A stretch of 64,000 nucleotides of DNA from Octopus sinensis (lineage: Eukaryota). The stretch spans positions 154,628,001-154,692,000 of the forward strand of contig NC_042999.1 of the NCBI RefSeq assembly GCF_006345805.1. Direction: 5' to 3'. Under the pieces are notes generated by a model. That model made no database searches. It saw nothing but the letters and a program-made list of their open reading frames with translations, and was not told the DNA's origin. Positions 1 through 13,073 of this stretch are shown here, one piece after another. Every line of letters begins with the position of its first letter. The first letter of the stretch is position 1. Made by a program: the position numbers and the translations under genes.

Positions 1-437
1 GGTCTGAGGTTTATAGTTGAAAATGATATTCTTCTGTCAATTAGCAAGTTCTATACACAAAGCCATGTAGTCGTCCGCTTTTACGTCTTCACGGGAAGAG
101 TCAAACAAAATCGATCGGAGATGAAAAGGTCAATACTTATTGATATATTTGTATTGTAACAGCTTTCTAACAGAAACTTATTTCACTATTTTAATACTGG
201 TCAGTGAAACAGCCATTCCATAATGACGACTTTTAAATAAATGAGAAATAGGGACATCATAAACTCATAAAACAACGTATACAAGGATTCAATACCCATG
301 TAAAATGGCTTTGTAACTTATTTTACCTCTTTTTGTGGGGTGTTCGCTACTTGCAAGAGGAAATGCATAATAACACTTTTCAGGTGAGAAAAAGGGACCT
401 ATTCTCAAACCACCTGGTATTTCATCAGAGCATTTAA

Positions 438-454
438 TGTTGTTGTTGTTGTTG

Positions 455-485
<31 letters not shown>

Positions 486-550
486 TGTTGTTTTTGTTGT
501 TGTTGTTGTTGTTATCATTGTTATTATTATTATTATTGAGAGAGAGAGAG
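438..550. repeat. Compound microsatellite (GTT)n(GCT)n(ATT)n(GA)n
   Basis: Direct reading; source of the poly-N/S ORF 289..558. Confidence 0.95.
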
Positions 551-965
551 CAGTGCATGCCATCAAAGTGATACTGGAGTAAAATATACGAAGCCCAGTG
601 TAACCATCATGACTACCGGTCTAATAAGGGTACACCAGGCACATGCATCACAATCATATGTACGCGACATGGTGATCTCATATCAAGATAAACAGCGCAT
701 GACCAGTTAGATTTTCTTCGGGTCGAGTAGCCCATCAAGCTCAAATGGTCCCTGAATAAGGTTGTTTAAGAGTGTTGAATAAAGCACCCATGTTTCCAAG
801 GGTGAATTATCCAAACCCCAAAGAATTCCACTCAACACATGGCTACGATGCTCTCCCACTACTTCTGCTCGTGATCAGAGATGCACATATCGTCAGCCAC
901 TAAAGGACATGCTCCACTGACAAGTAAATCTGTGGTATTGAGCAGAATATTTGCTGTACTCCATC

Positions 966-968
<3 letters not shown>
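551..968. mobile_element. Unclassified interspersed repeat lying between two (ATT)n tracts
   Basis: Higher-GC block bounded by (ATT)n at ~520-537 and 969-1032; resembles a common octopus repeat (recognition only). Confidence 0.45.

Positions 969-1032
<64 letters not shown>
969..1032. repeat. (ATT)n microsatellite
   Basis: Direct reading. Confidence 0.97.
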
Positions 1033-1037
<5 letters not shown>

Positions 1038-1050
1038 CCATTACTATAGA

Positions 1051-1250
1051 GGCGGTGAGCTGGCAGAAACGTTTGCACGCTGGACGAAATGCTTAGCAGT
1101 ATTTCGCCCGTCTCTACGTTCTGAGTTCAAATTCCGCCGAAGTCGACTTTACCCCTCGTCTTTTCGAGGTCTATAAAATAAGTACCAGATGCGTACGGGG
1201 GTCGATGTAACCGACCATCCCGCTCCCTCAAATTACATGCCTATATTAGA
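1051..1250 (+). mobile_element. tRNA-derived SINE, family 1 (head GGCGGCGAGCTGGCAGA; B-box GAGTTCAAATTCC)
   Basis: A/B-box-like motifs. Same sequence recurs at ~10537, 13411, 20040(-), 22455(-), 28738, 31130-31610(-), 38112 and 44516. Confidence 0.85.
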
Positions 1251-1289
1251 AAGAATTATTATTAAGTGATGCAGCCAGTCGCTGGAGTG

Positions 1290-1445
1290 CCACTCAGGAC
1301 GTTTTCATAATCAGCCGCCACCACTAGTCTCTGTCATGCGTAGCAGGTTCGCTGTGATATGACCTGTCCAGTCCTTGATGTTGTCAAACCTGGCTTTTCT
1401 TTATCTACTTCTCTTTCGCCCTGCCTCAACTGTACCCTGAAGAAC
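1290..1445 (-). pseudogene. RTE-clade LINE C-terminal fragment
   Basis: Minus-strand translation IVLQGTVEAGRKRSR*RKARFDNIKDWTG matches the RTE C-terminal pattern LQGTVEGxRxRGRPRKxWxDNIKEWTG. Confidence 0.75.
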
Positions 1446-2015
1446 TATTAGGTCGTCTGGAAACTTCGTGTCGATTTTTAAAGGAAAGAAAAAGGTCAAT
1501 AAATACTTGCCATTACATTTTCAATCAACCAAATATGAAACATTTTGTTGCACAATGCGTCTCCATCTTTCCTTTAACTTGAAAATACCCTTTTCCCAGA
1601 ATTGAGGTGGTTTCATGGCAAAGAATTCATCAAGGTATCTTTTTACGTCATCCAAGGAATTGAAATTTTTACCATTAAGACTATTCTGCACAGACCTGAA
1701 TAAGTGGAAATCCTAAGGAGCAATATCTGGTGAATATGGAGGGTGGGGTAACACATCCCAGCCGAGCTGCAGCTATGTTTGTCTGGTTTCCAAAACATCA
1801 AGTGCTGAAAATGAACTTTCTTATCTTCCATTTTAAAGGGTTACAGAATTAACACAGTATATAGGAACATAAACCTTCTTCTACAAAAAGATAGCTTAAA
1901 CTGTGCTCTAAATGGAAGTGCAGTCAAATCCTATTTTATGGACTCAACCATGTTCTAAAATAATTCGAAAGATAAGCTACTATAAATCGGCACGAACTTT
2001 CCGGACAACCCAATA
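1446..2015 (-). mobile_element. Internally deleted mariner with both TIRs
   Basis: ~32-bp TIRs tattaggtcgtctggaaacttcgtgtcgattt / aaatcggcacgaactttccggacaacccaata (5 mismatches). Minus-strand transposase C-terminus [34 protein letters not shown]...WRRIVQQNVSYLVD* at ~1520-1790. Confidence 0.9.
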
Positions 2016-2659
2016 TAATTGCCCGAAGAAGACATTTAATTGGAGAATTTGATCCAACGTTTCAAGAACAAAACCAAAATGTTAGAATTCACATTTCTGA
2101 CCGCAGATCTTAGAATTGAACTCATTGTCTCCCATGTTGACCACAACCAGTTTCTGTGGATGTCATTGACTTTAGCTAAGTTTGTCTTTGTCCAAAACTT
2201 TTGTTACATTTGTTGTAAAGTTATTACATGGCATGAGATACTTCTCTGCGATGTTTCTCGACGCTACTATTAAAAGATAACTGAATCGACACAAGAGATA
2301 AACTAATAACATTATAATGCGATAAAGTAACGCTTTCTCTCTTGACATATGATAAGCCTGTAATCTTTGTATACAAATTACAAAATATCGAACAGAAAAC
2401 GAGACTGCCTATGAAATCAGTTGTATGGTGATTTCAGTAAAAGGTTTGATAATTAATACATTACAAAATAGTTTCATTGCCTAAAATAAATATGCGGTTA
2501 ATTATCTTCGTTTATTTTTTTACTTGTTTCGTTCATAAGACCTCGACCATGCTGGAGTACAGCCTTGAAGAATCTTAGTCGAATGAACGAACCGCTGTAA
2601 TTATGTCTTTTTTTCAAACCTGGTACTTATTCTATCGGCTTCTTTATATATATATATAT

Positions 2660-3230
2660 AGTGTAATAAATAAAATATATGCATACATACAAACATATAT
2701 GTACGTACCTACATCTACATGTATATATACATGCACATATAAATATATATACACGTGAGTACAGGACACCACAACTAGACGTAGAACTCAACGAGAAACG
2801 AAAACGGAAAAACCATTTTTTTACAACAGAGTACAGGACATACTACACAAGGAAAAATCCCCTTCATCAGCTGTCACTAGTTCGACTCCAGCGTGTTTCG
2901 AAGGCAAGACAGAACACGACTCGCCAAACTAATCCTTCCTGCGAGAGAATTAAAATAAAATTACCTCGCAGAGGGGTAAAAACAAGCAAGAAAAAATGTA
3001 ACACAAACAGGACGTAAAAACGATACAAATAAAACTACAAAATAAAATACAAGATAAAAATACATGTACAAGAAGATACAATACGAGAAATAAAAAGAAA
3101 ATACAATACGAGAAATAAGAATAAACAAGAAATTCAAACAAGAAAACAAACGAAACGGTGCGTAAGATATTTGAGGGCAGATTTATGTTCATAAAAAAGA
3201 AAACAGATATATAATAACAGATAATAACTT
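2660..3230 (-). mobile_element. (TA)n-adjacent unclassified repeat, related to 48150-48730; possible Penelope-like terminus
   Basis: Shares gtacaggacacc...ccccttc(a/t)tcag...gtttcgaagg with 48236-48400 and carries a hammerhead-like motif. Confidence 0.4.
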
Positions 3231-3277
3231 TATCAAAAAATACTATGAGGATAAAATATACCTTCTTTTCTATAATG

Positions 3278-4367
3278 TTATTCAATAAAGCCACCTTCAG
3301 CTTCAATAACTACTTCTCTATGAGATTTAAATTATCTACATGCTCGAATCAAGTGGTCCTGGTTCATTTGGGACATTACTCTGACTATGGCAGCTTTCAA
3401 AGAATCTTTAGTGCTATGGGTGTGTTCATTGACCTCTCTCTCTCAACAACGCTCCATATGTAATAGTCCAATAGATTTTGATCTGGGCAATTAGGAGGCC
3501 AAATGTTACGGGTTATGTGATGATGAAACTTTTCAGCCATCCATTCTATGTTACTAGTGCAGAGTCTTACTGAAACACATATGGCCTCCCATTGCATACA
3601 CTGTCTATCTAGGGCTTAACAATCATTTCCAGGACCTCAATGTATATGTCAGAGTTAACTCTAAGACTTTGTGGAAAGAAGTATAGAAGCATCGATTGTC
3701 CTTCATTGCTGACAACCCCTAAAACCATAACAGTTACAGGAAATTTTGTATGCATAACACTTTGAATTTCAGAAGGGCCTGCACATAACCATCTATCATT
3801 TCTTCTGTTAAATTTTTGATCTTGATCGAAGTTTTTCTCGTTTGAGAAAAACCTAAATCAAATCTTCTGCTGCCTTTTTCAGTTTGTTTAAGAGCCTTTT
3901 AGATCTGATGTAGTGATTTTCTTTTGCCTTCTCTGACGTAAATTTACCTTTCTTCATCATATAAGACTTATATCTGATGTCTTCGTGGACAACATTTCTG
4001 ACTGTTCTTTCTGACACCTGGAGATCTTTTTCAATTGACCTCATGGACTTTCTGGGAATGAACTTTCTGGATAAATTCACGTATTCAGATTGTTTCAGAG
4101 CGTTTAGAATGCGTTTTGTGCTTTGATCCTGGTGATACATTTCCATCTTCAGTTTCTAACTCCTTACAAACTTTGTAGACGAAAGATCTTGCAACTCATA
4201 AAAATCAAGATATTTCTAAATCGCTAGGCTCAGCCTTTATAACCACCATCACAGCATGCCTCTTCATTTCTTGAGTAAGCTGAAGGTCTGTCATTATTAT
4301 TTGCTGAAAGGCTATACAGAGTTAGCAAAAAGTGCAGTAATGACCCAAATATACCTTACGCACCCTG
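3278..4367 (-). mobile_element. Near full-length maT/DD37D (Tc1/mariner superfamily) transposon with decayed transposase (CDS ~4294->3278)
   Basis: 5' end CAGGGTG next to TA (4368-4369). Translation MTDLQLTQEMKRHAV...FFSNEKNFDQDQKFNRRNDRW...GRPYVFQ*DSA...WPPNCPDQNLLDYYIWSVVE...VIEAEGGFIE* with several stops. 3' TIR not found. Confidence 0.85.
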
Positions 4368-4413
<46 letters not shown>

Positions 4414-4689
4414 CATGACGGGCTTCTTTCAGTTTCGGCCCACCAAATCCACTCACAAGGCTTTGGTCGACCCGAGGTTGTAGTAAAAGACTCTTATCCA
4501 AGGTGCCACGCGCAGTGAGACCGAACCCAGAACCATATTGTTGGAAAGGAGGCTTCTTGCCGTGAAAAGGGAATTAAAGTGCCAATCTCATGATGTCTCT
4601 CCAAATAAAGCTATTCCCAGATCTCTGAATCCAAACAAGCATGTTGGTTCTTGTTGATAGAATTCACCAAATTATTTGCTGATGCTTGC

Positions 4690-4985
4690 CGTTTGCCAAA
4701 TCGATATTAATTTATTAAGAGCACGAAATAGTGCGAAACGGGAGGCCATATGTGTTTCAGTAAGTCTCTGCACTATCACAGTATTTCAGTAAGACTCTGC
4801 ACTAGTAACATAGAATGGATGGCTGAAAATGTTTATCATTACATAACCCCTAACATTTGGCCTCAAAATTCTCCAGTTTTCAATCCATTCGACTATTACA
4901 TATGGAGCGCTGTTGAGAGAGAAATCAATGAACACCCCATAATACCAAAGATTCTTTGAAAGCTGCCATAGTCAGAGTAATGTAT
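4690..4985 (+). pseudogene. maT/DD37D transposase C-terminal fragment
   Basis: EWMAENVYHYITPNIWPQNSPVFNPFDYYIWSAVERE..KDSLKAAIVRVM; same family as 3278-4367, opposite orientation. Confidence 0.85.
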
Positions 4986-5262
4986 GAAGATCTCCTGCCT
5001 GTTTCTACTATTACAAGAAAAAGGCGCTTAGGTTTTGTAGGACATTGCTGGCGAGCTAAACACGAGCAGGCACGTGACCTACTGCTATGGATACCAAAGT
5101 ATAGCCGTACTCGAGCAGGTCATCTTATCACAGTGTATGCAGATCAACTCACCAGTGAGACTGGATGCCTCTCCCGAAGACCTCCCTCAACTAATGAAGG
5201 GCAGAGATTGATGATGTGCGCAAGTTAAAATGTCCGAGCAAGCTTAGCCAGATGATGATGAA
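4986..5262 (+). pseudogene. RTE LINE 3' fragment with (GAT)n tail
   Basis: RKRRLGFVGHCWRAKHEQARDLLLWIPK...; gatgatgatg tail at ~5251. Confidence 0.75.
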
Positions 5263-7451
5263 TATAGCGAGATTTGAATGTGAATATATTAATCGTTGTT
5301 GTATTTCGCCATTGAGATTATGCATGCTGACAACACACTCAATTCAGTGATGTTAGGAGACTTTGAGACACCCGTGTTTTGACCTTGTTGTTTCTCTTCA
5401 ATAGCGGATAATCTCAGATCTCTGAATCTAAACAAGAATAAGAACCACAATTCTTGTTTTTTTAAATCGGGCGTGTATTCCCTCGGGCTCTTTCGCCGAA
5501 CGACTAAGTTACGAGGAGGTACACAAAGTAACACTAGTCGTCAGGACACGCACGCACACTCACACACATACACACATATACACAAGCACACACATGACAA
5601 GACACCACGCACGATCACTTCTAAATGCAAGCTTGATAAACAAGCCAATGAGTGGTCACCGCTGGAATATCTTTGGTCAGTACTCACCTGAAACTATGCA
5701 ATAACTTTGACCTAGATTTACAGAGGAGTAACGATCGGGTAGAGTTCACAGAATATATCTCAGTAAATAACAGGAACTAATTTTATCGATTTCGCAGACT
5801 CGAAAGGCTATTTCTGCTTCAACAGGATTTGAACTCAAAATATACGGAGATGAAACTAAATACCGAGAAGCAGCTAGTTACAAGCTCTACCGTCCCGATG
5901 AACTACTAACCCTCTACACAGTAGATTACTGCTTCCATATCTTGTATGACCAAGCCGTTACATGCAACATCCAAACCAAGATTACTTGAATGATTAACAT
6001 GAAGTCGTCCACCTCTGGTCTTCAGACGTGTTGTTGTCTCTTCTCTCTGCCTTTTCTGTCACTACTGTATTGGATTCTGCTCCTCGGAGCTAGTGACTTC
6101 ATGTCACAGACACACAGACATGCTCAAGTTATTCGTCTTTCATCCAATCGTTTCCCATATATTGTGATATTGTGTCTCCCCATCTGGACCCTGCACTAAT
6201 CATTACATCTGGTCTTTCCACCTCAGGACGTTGACCCTCTAAAATTTCCTCCTTACACGCAGTTTTTCCTGTAATCGTCAGCTTACGTTCGTTTCAAGCG
6301 GAAAGTTAGGGGCATCACATGCGTTAATGGTGGGCATACGAAGGCCGTTGGTGCAGACTCTTACTTCAGACCAGAGTGCACTAAAGAAAAATTAACGAAA
6401 GCAACATCGAAGCAACGTCTGGTGAGAGAACTCTATATAGTTACTTGACAAGCTAGAAATAACAGCATATCTCCCTCAAAAGAGACTATAGCTTCCTGAA
6501 AAAGAAAGATTGAGCTTTCATGACATAGGTCTGCTTCATCAGGGCTTAACAAAAATTGGAATTTCCTGATTGTATTTTTAAACAGAACGTTCTACGGTAT
6601 AGATAAATGTATTTTATCAATTAGTTAACTTGGTGTTAAAATAATGACCAAATACGAGAAACATCTTAATTCATTAAAATCAAAGCCGTAGTGAGAAGAA
6701 GAAAATCGAATAGCTTAATGACAAATTTTATTGAGGATTAGCAAGGGAGATGATTCTGACATTTTAAACCGTTAAAAATTAAACGGCGGGGTATATGTTT
6801 GTGTGTGATTCTGGTAAGTACAGTGACAACTGTGGACATATTTCACTTTCATTAAATCTCTTCGGTAAAACCTAGTCATGCTCGAACATATGAGTTCCTC
6901 GTCCGCTGAGAGAATCAATAGTGAGCTATCGTTTCAGGAATACTCATAACAAACCTTGTTCAAATAATAAAATCTTCGTTGTTATAATTTTCCCGTGTTT
7001 TCTATATGCAGGAAAAATACAATTTATGCTGAAGATAAATACTTTATCTCTCTCTGTTTCTCAAGATAAATTATGGCTTGTTCTCACTGAATATAAATGA
7101 CTTCTTACATTATTATTTTCTTGACTAAACCGAAGGCAAAACAAAATCTATATGAAGGTGACAACAATCAATAAATTGATTTGTACAGCTCGTTTATCTT
7201 TGAAACTTAAGCAGATATGAACTAGAAAAATACGCTACTGGTGACATGGGAATCATCTGCATGAAGAAATTAGGAGATAAATTTTGTATTCTGACGATCG
7301 CTGTTATATGTAACATTCACTTATAAATTTGCATAAACGCTTTCACCAAATGCCCAGCTCCATATTATCTCTCTAAATCACGTTCAACAGTTTAGTTTTT
7401 TGATTTGAGACAAGCACTATGAGGTTGGTAAAAAGTCTTTCCACTCTGGAC

Positions 7452-7485
7452 ATGATGATGATGATGATAATAATAATAATAATAA

Positions 7486-7516
<31 letters not shown>

Positions 7517-7592
7517 AAGAAGAAAAAGAAGAAGGAGGAGGAGGAGGAAAAGAAGGAGGAGGAGGAGGAGGAGAAGAAGAAGAAGAAGAAGA
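7452..7592. repeat. Compound trinucleotide microsatellite (ATG)(ATA)(AGA)(GGA)
   Basis: Direct reading. Confidence 0.95.
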
Positions 7593-7595
7593 ATC

Positions 7596-9462
7596 TCAAA
7601 GTACTTAGAGATTGCTAGAGGAGAAAAACTAACTTAGCTATGTCATGGATCAATTATCGTAAGGCGTACGATATGATCCCACATTGTTGGATTATGGAAT
7701 GTATGAACCTATTTGGTATTGTATTGAATGTTAAGCGATTGCCTGGAAAACGTATGGCGCAGTGGAGGACAGAGTTGACAGCATATGGAAGAAGTTTAGG
7801 GACAATAGAAATCGGGTGAGGCATCTTTCAAAGGGACTGCCTGTCCCTACTGATCTTTGTACTGTGCTTGATACCACTGACACTGATTCTGAGCAAAGCA
7901 AACGCTGGGTATGTATTCAAAAGCCGCCAACAAAAAGTCAACCGCTTGTTATTCATGGATGATATCAAACTTTATGGAAAAGATGAAACCCAAGTCAGTT
8001 GATACGGTGTATACCTTCAGTGCTGATATCAGAATGGAATTCGAACTGAAAAAGTGTGGTGTGTTAGTCTTGAAGAGAGGCAAAATCAACTGTATGGACG
8101 GGCTAGCGATACCGTTGGGTGAGGTTATGAAGCAGATAGAAGAGACGGGCTATAAGTACTTGGGGATACTGGAAATGGATAAATTGATGGCGAAAGAAAT
8201 GACAGAAAAATTTAAGGTAGTGTACTAGCGCAGACTGAGACTGATCCTTAAGTCGAAAGTAAACGGAAGGAATAAGATTGAAGTTATCAACACCTGGGCG
8301 TTTTCACCCCTTAGATCAGGGATAATCGAATGGACAGTAGACGATCTAAACGGCTTAGACAGAAAGACAAAGAGATTGCTGACTAGATACGGGATACTCC
8401 ACCCAATAAGTGACGCAGACAGACTGTATGTGCCAAGACAAGGAGGAGGAAGAGGACTGATTGGGTGTGAACACAGCATTAGAGCATAAGAAAACAAAAA
8501 TATCATAGCATGGTATGTGCAAAATTTCACAGAACCACTATTATTGGAAGTAAGAAGGTCAGGCTTGTATAGAATGGAAGACTGCACAGGTAAAGCACTG
8601 TACAAGCACTTGAGAATGAAAGAAACTGAAAATAGGTGGATAAAGAAAAGTATGCATGAAGAATTTCATAAGGATGTTGAAGAAAAGACAGAGAAAAAAG
8701 ATGGCTATGGATGGTTAAAAGTGATTTAAGCCGGAACCAGAGGCTCTAATCTGTGCTGCCCAAGATCAAGCACTGAGAACGAATTACATCAAATACAGAG
8801 TAAACAACACAGCAGAAAGTGATAAGTGCAGAATTTGTGGACAAAACGGTGAAGCCGTATGGCATATTACCAGTCAATGTGCGCCGCTAGCCCAGAAGGA
8901 ATATAAGAGATGTCATGACAATATAGTAAGGATTGTCCATTGGACACTTTGCAACAAGTATGAACTTGACAGAGCAAAAAGTTGGTACGAACATAAACCC
9001 GAAGGTGTCATCGAAAATGAAAATGTAAAGATCCTATGGGATTTTGATTCAGTGCGACAATGACATAGAGAACAGGAAACCAGACATAGTCTTAATTGAG
9101 AAAGAAAGTAAACGGTGATGGATCATAGATATATCATGCTCAGCTGACAACAAGGTATGCGACAAAGAAGAAAGAAAAGTCAATAGATATGACAGATTAG
9201 CTTGAGAGGTTAAGCAGTTATAGTCGCTGAAAAGGGTGGTATTAGTACCAATAACTGTCGGAGCCCTGGGAACAGTGAGTAAAAATCTTGAGAAGTGTAT
9301 GGAACAAATAGGGGATGCAATAAGGGTGGAGCACTTGCAGAAAACAGTACTGCTTGTAACCGCTCGAATACTCCGGATGGTGCTCGAAAAATAAGAGGTG
9401 TTACTTTAGTTCACTGGTAGTGAACAGCTGACACTGTAGTACATCTCCAGCGTTAGAAGCTG
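7596..9462 (+). mobile_element. 5'-truncated R4/Dong-type (RLE-clade) non-LTR retrotransposon, decayed
   Basis: RT motifs WINYRKAYDMIPH, GIFQRDCLS, LLFMDDIKLYGK (7952-7963). CCHC knuckle CRICGQNGEAVWHITSQC (8827-8880). RLE KPDIV...IIDISC..D..V..KE..K..RY; ends ILRMVLEK* at 9394. Multiple stops and frameshifts. Confidence 0.92.
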
Positions 9463-9829
9463 TGCGAGGTAAGTATTTGTGATAGCGGTGGTAATTGGAG
9501 CATTGGAAGCAGTTTCCAAGAGCTTTGAAAAACATATTTAAAATATTGGAGCTGCTGTAGGCTCGAAGTGGTCCAGAAGACAGCATTGTTTGCGCCCCCC
9601 CCCCCCACCGTTCTCGGTTTTGAAAACTAGACATACCACCCTGTAAGCCTTATTACTACACCCAATAAGGTAAATACTGTCCCACTTTTATACCGTCAGG
9701 GCTACTTCGAATTGTTTTGCACAGATGCGTGACCTTCCCCTATTTCTGCTTTTGAATGCAAGTTATGCCCTTATTCATGACATAACTCCTTCAAGGAGCC
9801 TTTTCTTTCCATTTTTTTCTCTCATCCAG

Positions 9830-9880
9830 GTGAATCATGTCCAGATCCCGTCAGCGTTGTCGCTATTAACGAAAGAAAAG
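9830..9880 (+). CDS. Weak candidate internal exon (G)ESCPDPVSVVAINERK
   Basis: Strong acceptor ttttctttccatttttttctctcatccag|G at 9829, but only a poor donor (AAA|GTTAAC). No protein family recognised. Confidence 0.15.
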
Positions 9881-11174
9881 TTAACATCCATTTTCTCTCT
9901 CTAGTTCAGTTGGCGTCAAATATGTGTCTGTGTATCTCATTGTGTGTATATGTGCGAATGCTCTGTGGAAATCTTTTACTGTTTTCCTGAAATTTTTCCG
10001 AATAATTGTTATAATCTGTCAAAATTTCATTAATTTTTTCGTGTTGAGTTCATACTTCGCGGTGTCTAATTAAATTTGTTATATTTTTCTTGTAGTTTGT
10101 TTTATCCTGCTGTGTATTTTTTTCTTCGTGTGTGATGTTTCTTTTTTTATCTTTTCTGGTTGGAAGCTATCTTAATATCATAAGTCGAACGCAAACAAAA
10201 TACGTAAAATTATGTTCAAAAATGTTCAAAACCAACGACTTTTGGGTGCCTCTGCTCCTTGATATAGACAGATATTCAAAGTATATAAGAAGGATTTCTC
10301 GAAGAAAATATTTAAAAGGGAAAGGAACTTCTCTCAATCGCGGGTTTCTTCGGCCTACAGACCGCGCTGTGAGTAGAGCTGTTCATCCCAGCTATTCCAA
10401 TCACTATCCTCTACCCTCCAACATTTTCAACTGAAGACAACATCGCCTTCATCATACTCACTTTCACTTCCCACCCAGGTGGAGTTTGAAGAGAAAAGTG
10501 TCTTTTCTGTCCTTTCAAACTCACCATATAAAACAAGCTGGCAGAATCATTAACACGCCAAGGTAAAATTCTTTGCGGCATTTCGTAAGTTTTTACGTTC
10601 TGAGTTCAAATTCCGCTAAGGTCAACTTTACCTTTCATCCTTTCAAGCTCGATAAAATAAGTACCAGTAGTGTACTGGGGTCGATTTAATTGACTTCCCC
10701 CTCTTCCCTGAAATTGCTGGCCTTTTGTCAAAATTTGAAAGCATTACGCACCATACAATCTCCTTCGCAATAGCTACCAGACAGATGAAAATCGCCTGTT
10801 TTTCCCGATCAAACGAAAACGAAAAGACAATTGTCACAATGCTTTAGATTGGTAATCAGAATTAATGGATTAATTCTATACGTGCCCACAACTAAACAAC
10901 ATAACTCCACAATTGAATAATGCCCGAAGACTGAACAAGAAAGTATGTGGGTGGGCTGAAAAGTTCAAAGGCTGAGTATTAAGGAGTGATGCTAGAGCTG
11001 TGAAACCTTGCATACATTAATTTCAACGCTTCTTCGTAATAGCTGCATTGCTACTTTTCAGATAAATTCACATCTGACTGCTTAAAAAAGACTTCATACG
11101 TAACTAAGTAGCAACTTCTTTTAAAGTCGCTCTGTGCAGTTTCGTCGCTTTGCGCGCAGCTCGGACTCGGCTTA

Positions 11175-11340
11175 CGGCACATAGTACTTGTGAATCTAAT
11201 TCCAAAGCTGCAAGGTTCTCTTTTTCCTGGACTTTTAATGCTATAGTTACATCCGCTGGGCAGTTGACCGCTACAACAGTGCATGTCTTTTGTTCTCTGT
11301 CCCGTTTGCGCCGCATTATTGTTCTTATTGGAATAGTCCA
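11175..11340 (-). pseudogene. RLE-clade LINE endonuclease fragment
   Basis: REQKTCTVVAVNCPADVTIALKVQEK resembles the RLE motif xxEVSCPADxNIxxKxxEK at 37720-37790. Confidence 0.6.
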
Positions 11341-11375
11341 TTGTTTTTAAAGATATAAGGTATATATGTTTATTA

Positions 11376-11435
<60 letters not shown>

Positions 11436-11448
11436 ATATGTAACAGTT

Positions 11449-11519
11449 GATTGTCGTAATAAAACTCAGAGCGAACTTCATCTCCGGTATCCGAAACTCT
11501 GAGTTTTATTATGACAATC
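11449..11519. other. 23-bp-stem hairpin (one G.T pair) with a 25-nt loop
   Basis: gattgtcgtaataaaactcagag / ctctgagttttattatgacaatc read directly. Confidence 0.85.
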
Positions 11520-11618
11520 TACTAATTGTCACATATTATATTTATAGATAAATTCCTCTATTTTACATAATATTGATGTCTCATTCATTCTTTTGTTGTC
11601 ATATTATTATTATTATTA

Positions 11619-11683
<65 letters not shown>

Positions 11684-11847
11684 AATATATATATATATGG
11701 CGAATATTATGAAGGTGTGGTAAAAGTAGAAAACACTTGCCCAATGTACCATGCAATGAGATCGAAACCAAAACCAAAACCAGAACCACATGCATCCGAA
11801 GCGATATTCTTAACCAAACAGCTATGACAGCATTTAATGTTAACAGA

Positions 11848-11923
11848 TTGTCTGACCTTTCGTTGAATAATTCCGTAAAGGTCATCGTTAATGGAACACA
11901 AAGATGGTCAGCGATGATAACTG
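11848..11923 (+). CDS. Weak candidate exon LSDLSLNNSVKVIVNGTQRWSAMIT(G)
   Basis: Open frame ending at donor CTG|GTAAGA; acceptor (ttaacag) lacks a good pyrimidine tract. Confidence 0.15.
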
Positions 11924-12199
11924 GTAAGAGTGACAGTGATAATTAAATATTATTCCGAAATATGAGTGAGAAAAGACAAGCAACGATGATGAACGAGATC
12001 AAATAACTTAACTCTTACCCAGTAAGGGCAATAGACACTCTTTTTATTTCTGGTGCCTCTTTATAATAAGTATCTATCCTTATTTAGTGGCCATCCTTAT
12101 TCAATGACTATCCTTAAATAGATAGAATAGTGGGTGAAAGCGCTAAGCAGTCATGTGTATAAATACAAACCATTTTTGTTTTGTTTGTTTTTTTTATCG

Positions 12200-12513
12200 A
12201 GGCACCATCCAGTCAGAATGGTTACCCGATCCACCCGGGCCACCCTGGCTACCTCTCTCTACCTCTCCCAATCTTCCATTAGTGTTTTTAGGTCTTCAAC
12301 TTGACATCCAACATCTTCAGCAAGCTGTTGTATAAACGTCTTCCGTGGTCTTCCGGCCGCTGTGGTACCATGATTTGGTGTCCACAGCAACACATTACCC
12401 ACAAGTTCTCCTTTACTTCTCCAGCAATGGCCAGCAAACCTTAATCTCAGCTCTTGGATGGTTGATGAGAAAGTTGGTACATTCCCATATAACCGTTGTT
12501 CTGTTGGGTGCAC
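12200..12513 (-). pseudogene. RTE LINE 3' fragment
   Basis: ORF 12259..12513 RLRFAGHCWRSKGELVGNVLLWTP...GRPRKTFIQQLAED. Confidence 0.85.
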
Positions 12514-12527
12514 ACCTTTAGTTAAGA

Positions 12528-12921
12528 CTAGCAGTATCGCCCGGCGTTGCTCGAGTTTGTAAGGGAAATAACTATATAAGCATTTTTAGAGAGTTATAGC
12601 CAAAAATTAGCAAAAAATGCATTAAAAATGGGAAAAAAATTATGGTAATTTTTTTTTTAAATCGTTGACTCATCGTAGACATTTTTAGAGAGTTACTTCC
12701 CTTATATAATAGCGAAAAAATGCATTAAAATGGAAAGAATGATGGTAATTTTTTTTTAATCGTAGACTCATCGTAGACGCGCGCTAATACCCAGACGGGC
12801 TCGATATGAATCACGACTATAAGATACCCGGTTTTGGTTAAACTGCACCGCAAAATGTGGGAGTAGTTAGGAATCTAAATCGTAGGAGACAGACACACAA
12901 CCTCTCTTTTATATATAAAGA
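12528..12921 (-). mobile_element. Non-autonomous Helitron-like element, subtype A
   Basis: Minus strand starts TCTTTATATATAAAAG and ends in the subterminal GC-rich hairpin followed by CGATACTGCTAG. Inserted between A|T with no TSD; empty paralogous site at 14949|14950. Confidence 0.85.
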
Positions 12922-13073
12922 TTTCCCGGATTACTGGAGGTGACAACGACGACGACGACTACGATATATTTCAGGTATTATTTTTTTAATTAAGAAGTAA
13001 ATTATATATTTGTGATGGTTGTGTATGTCTTCTCTTTTCTATCAAAACTGAAAGGCTGCAGGATTGGATGACG

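Noticed and set aside
5670-5705. AG|GT recursive-splice-like motifs (minus strand tttcag|gtgagt here; plus strand at ~380 and ~23425)
   Set aside because: Such short motifs are expected by chance in 64 kb, and there is no gene model or RNA evidence to anchor them.
6180-6300. Possible RTE C-terminal relic (..VLRWKDQM**) on the minus strand
   Set aside because: Too degenerate to assign.
7207-7325. Short open frame YELEKYATGDMGIICMKKLGDKFCILTIAV and acceptor at ~7010
   Set aside because: Weak or missing splice partner and no recognisable domain.
10132-10434. 100-aa ORF
   Set aside because: No domain similarity recognised, no splice or start context; likely a repeat remnant.
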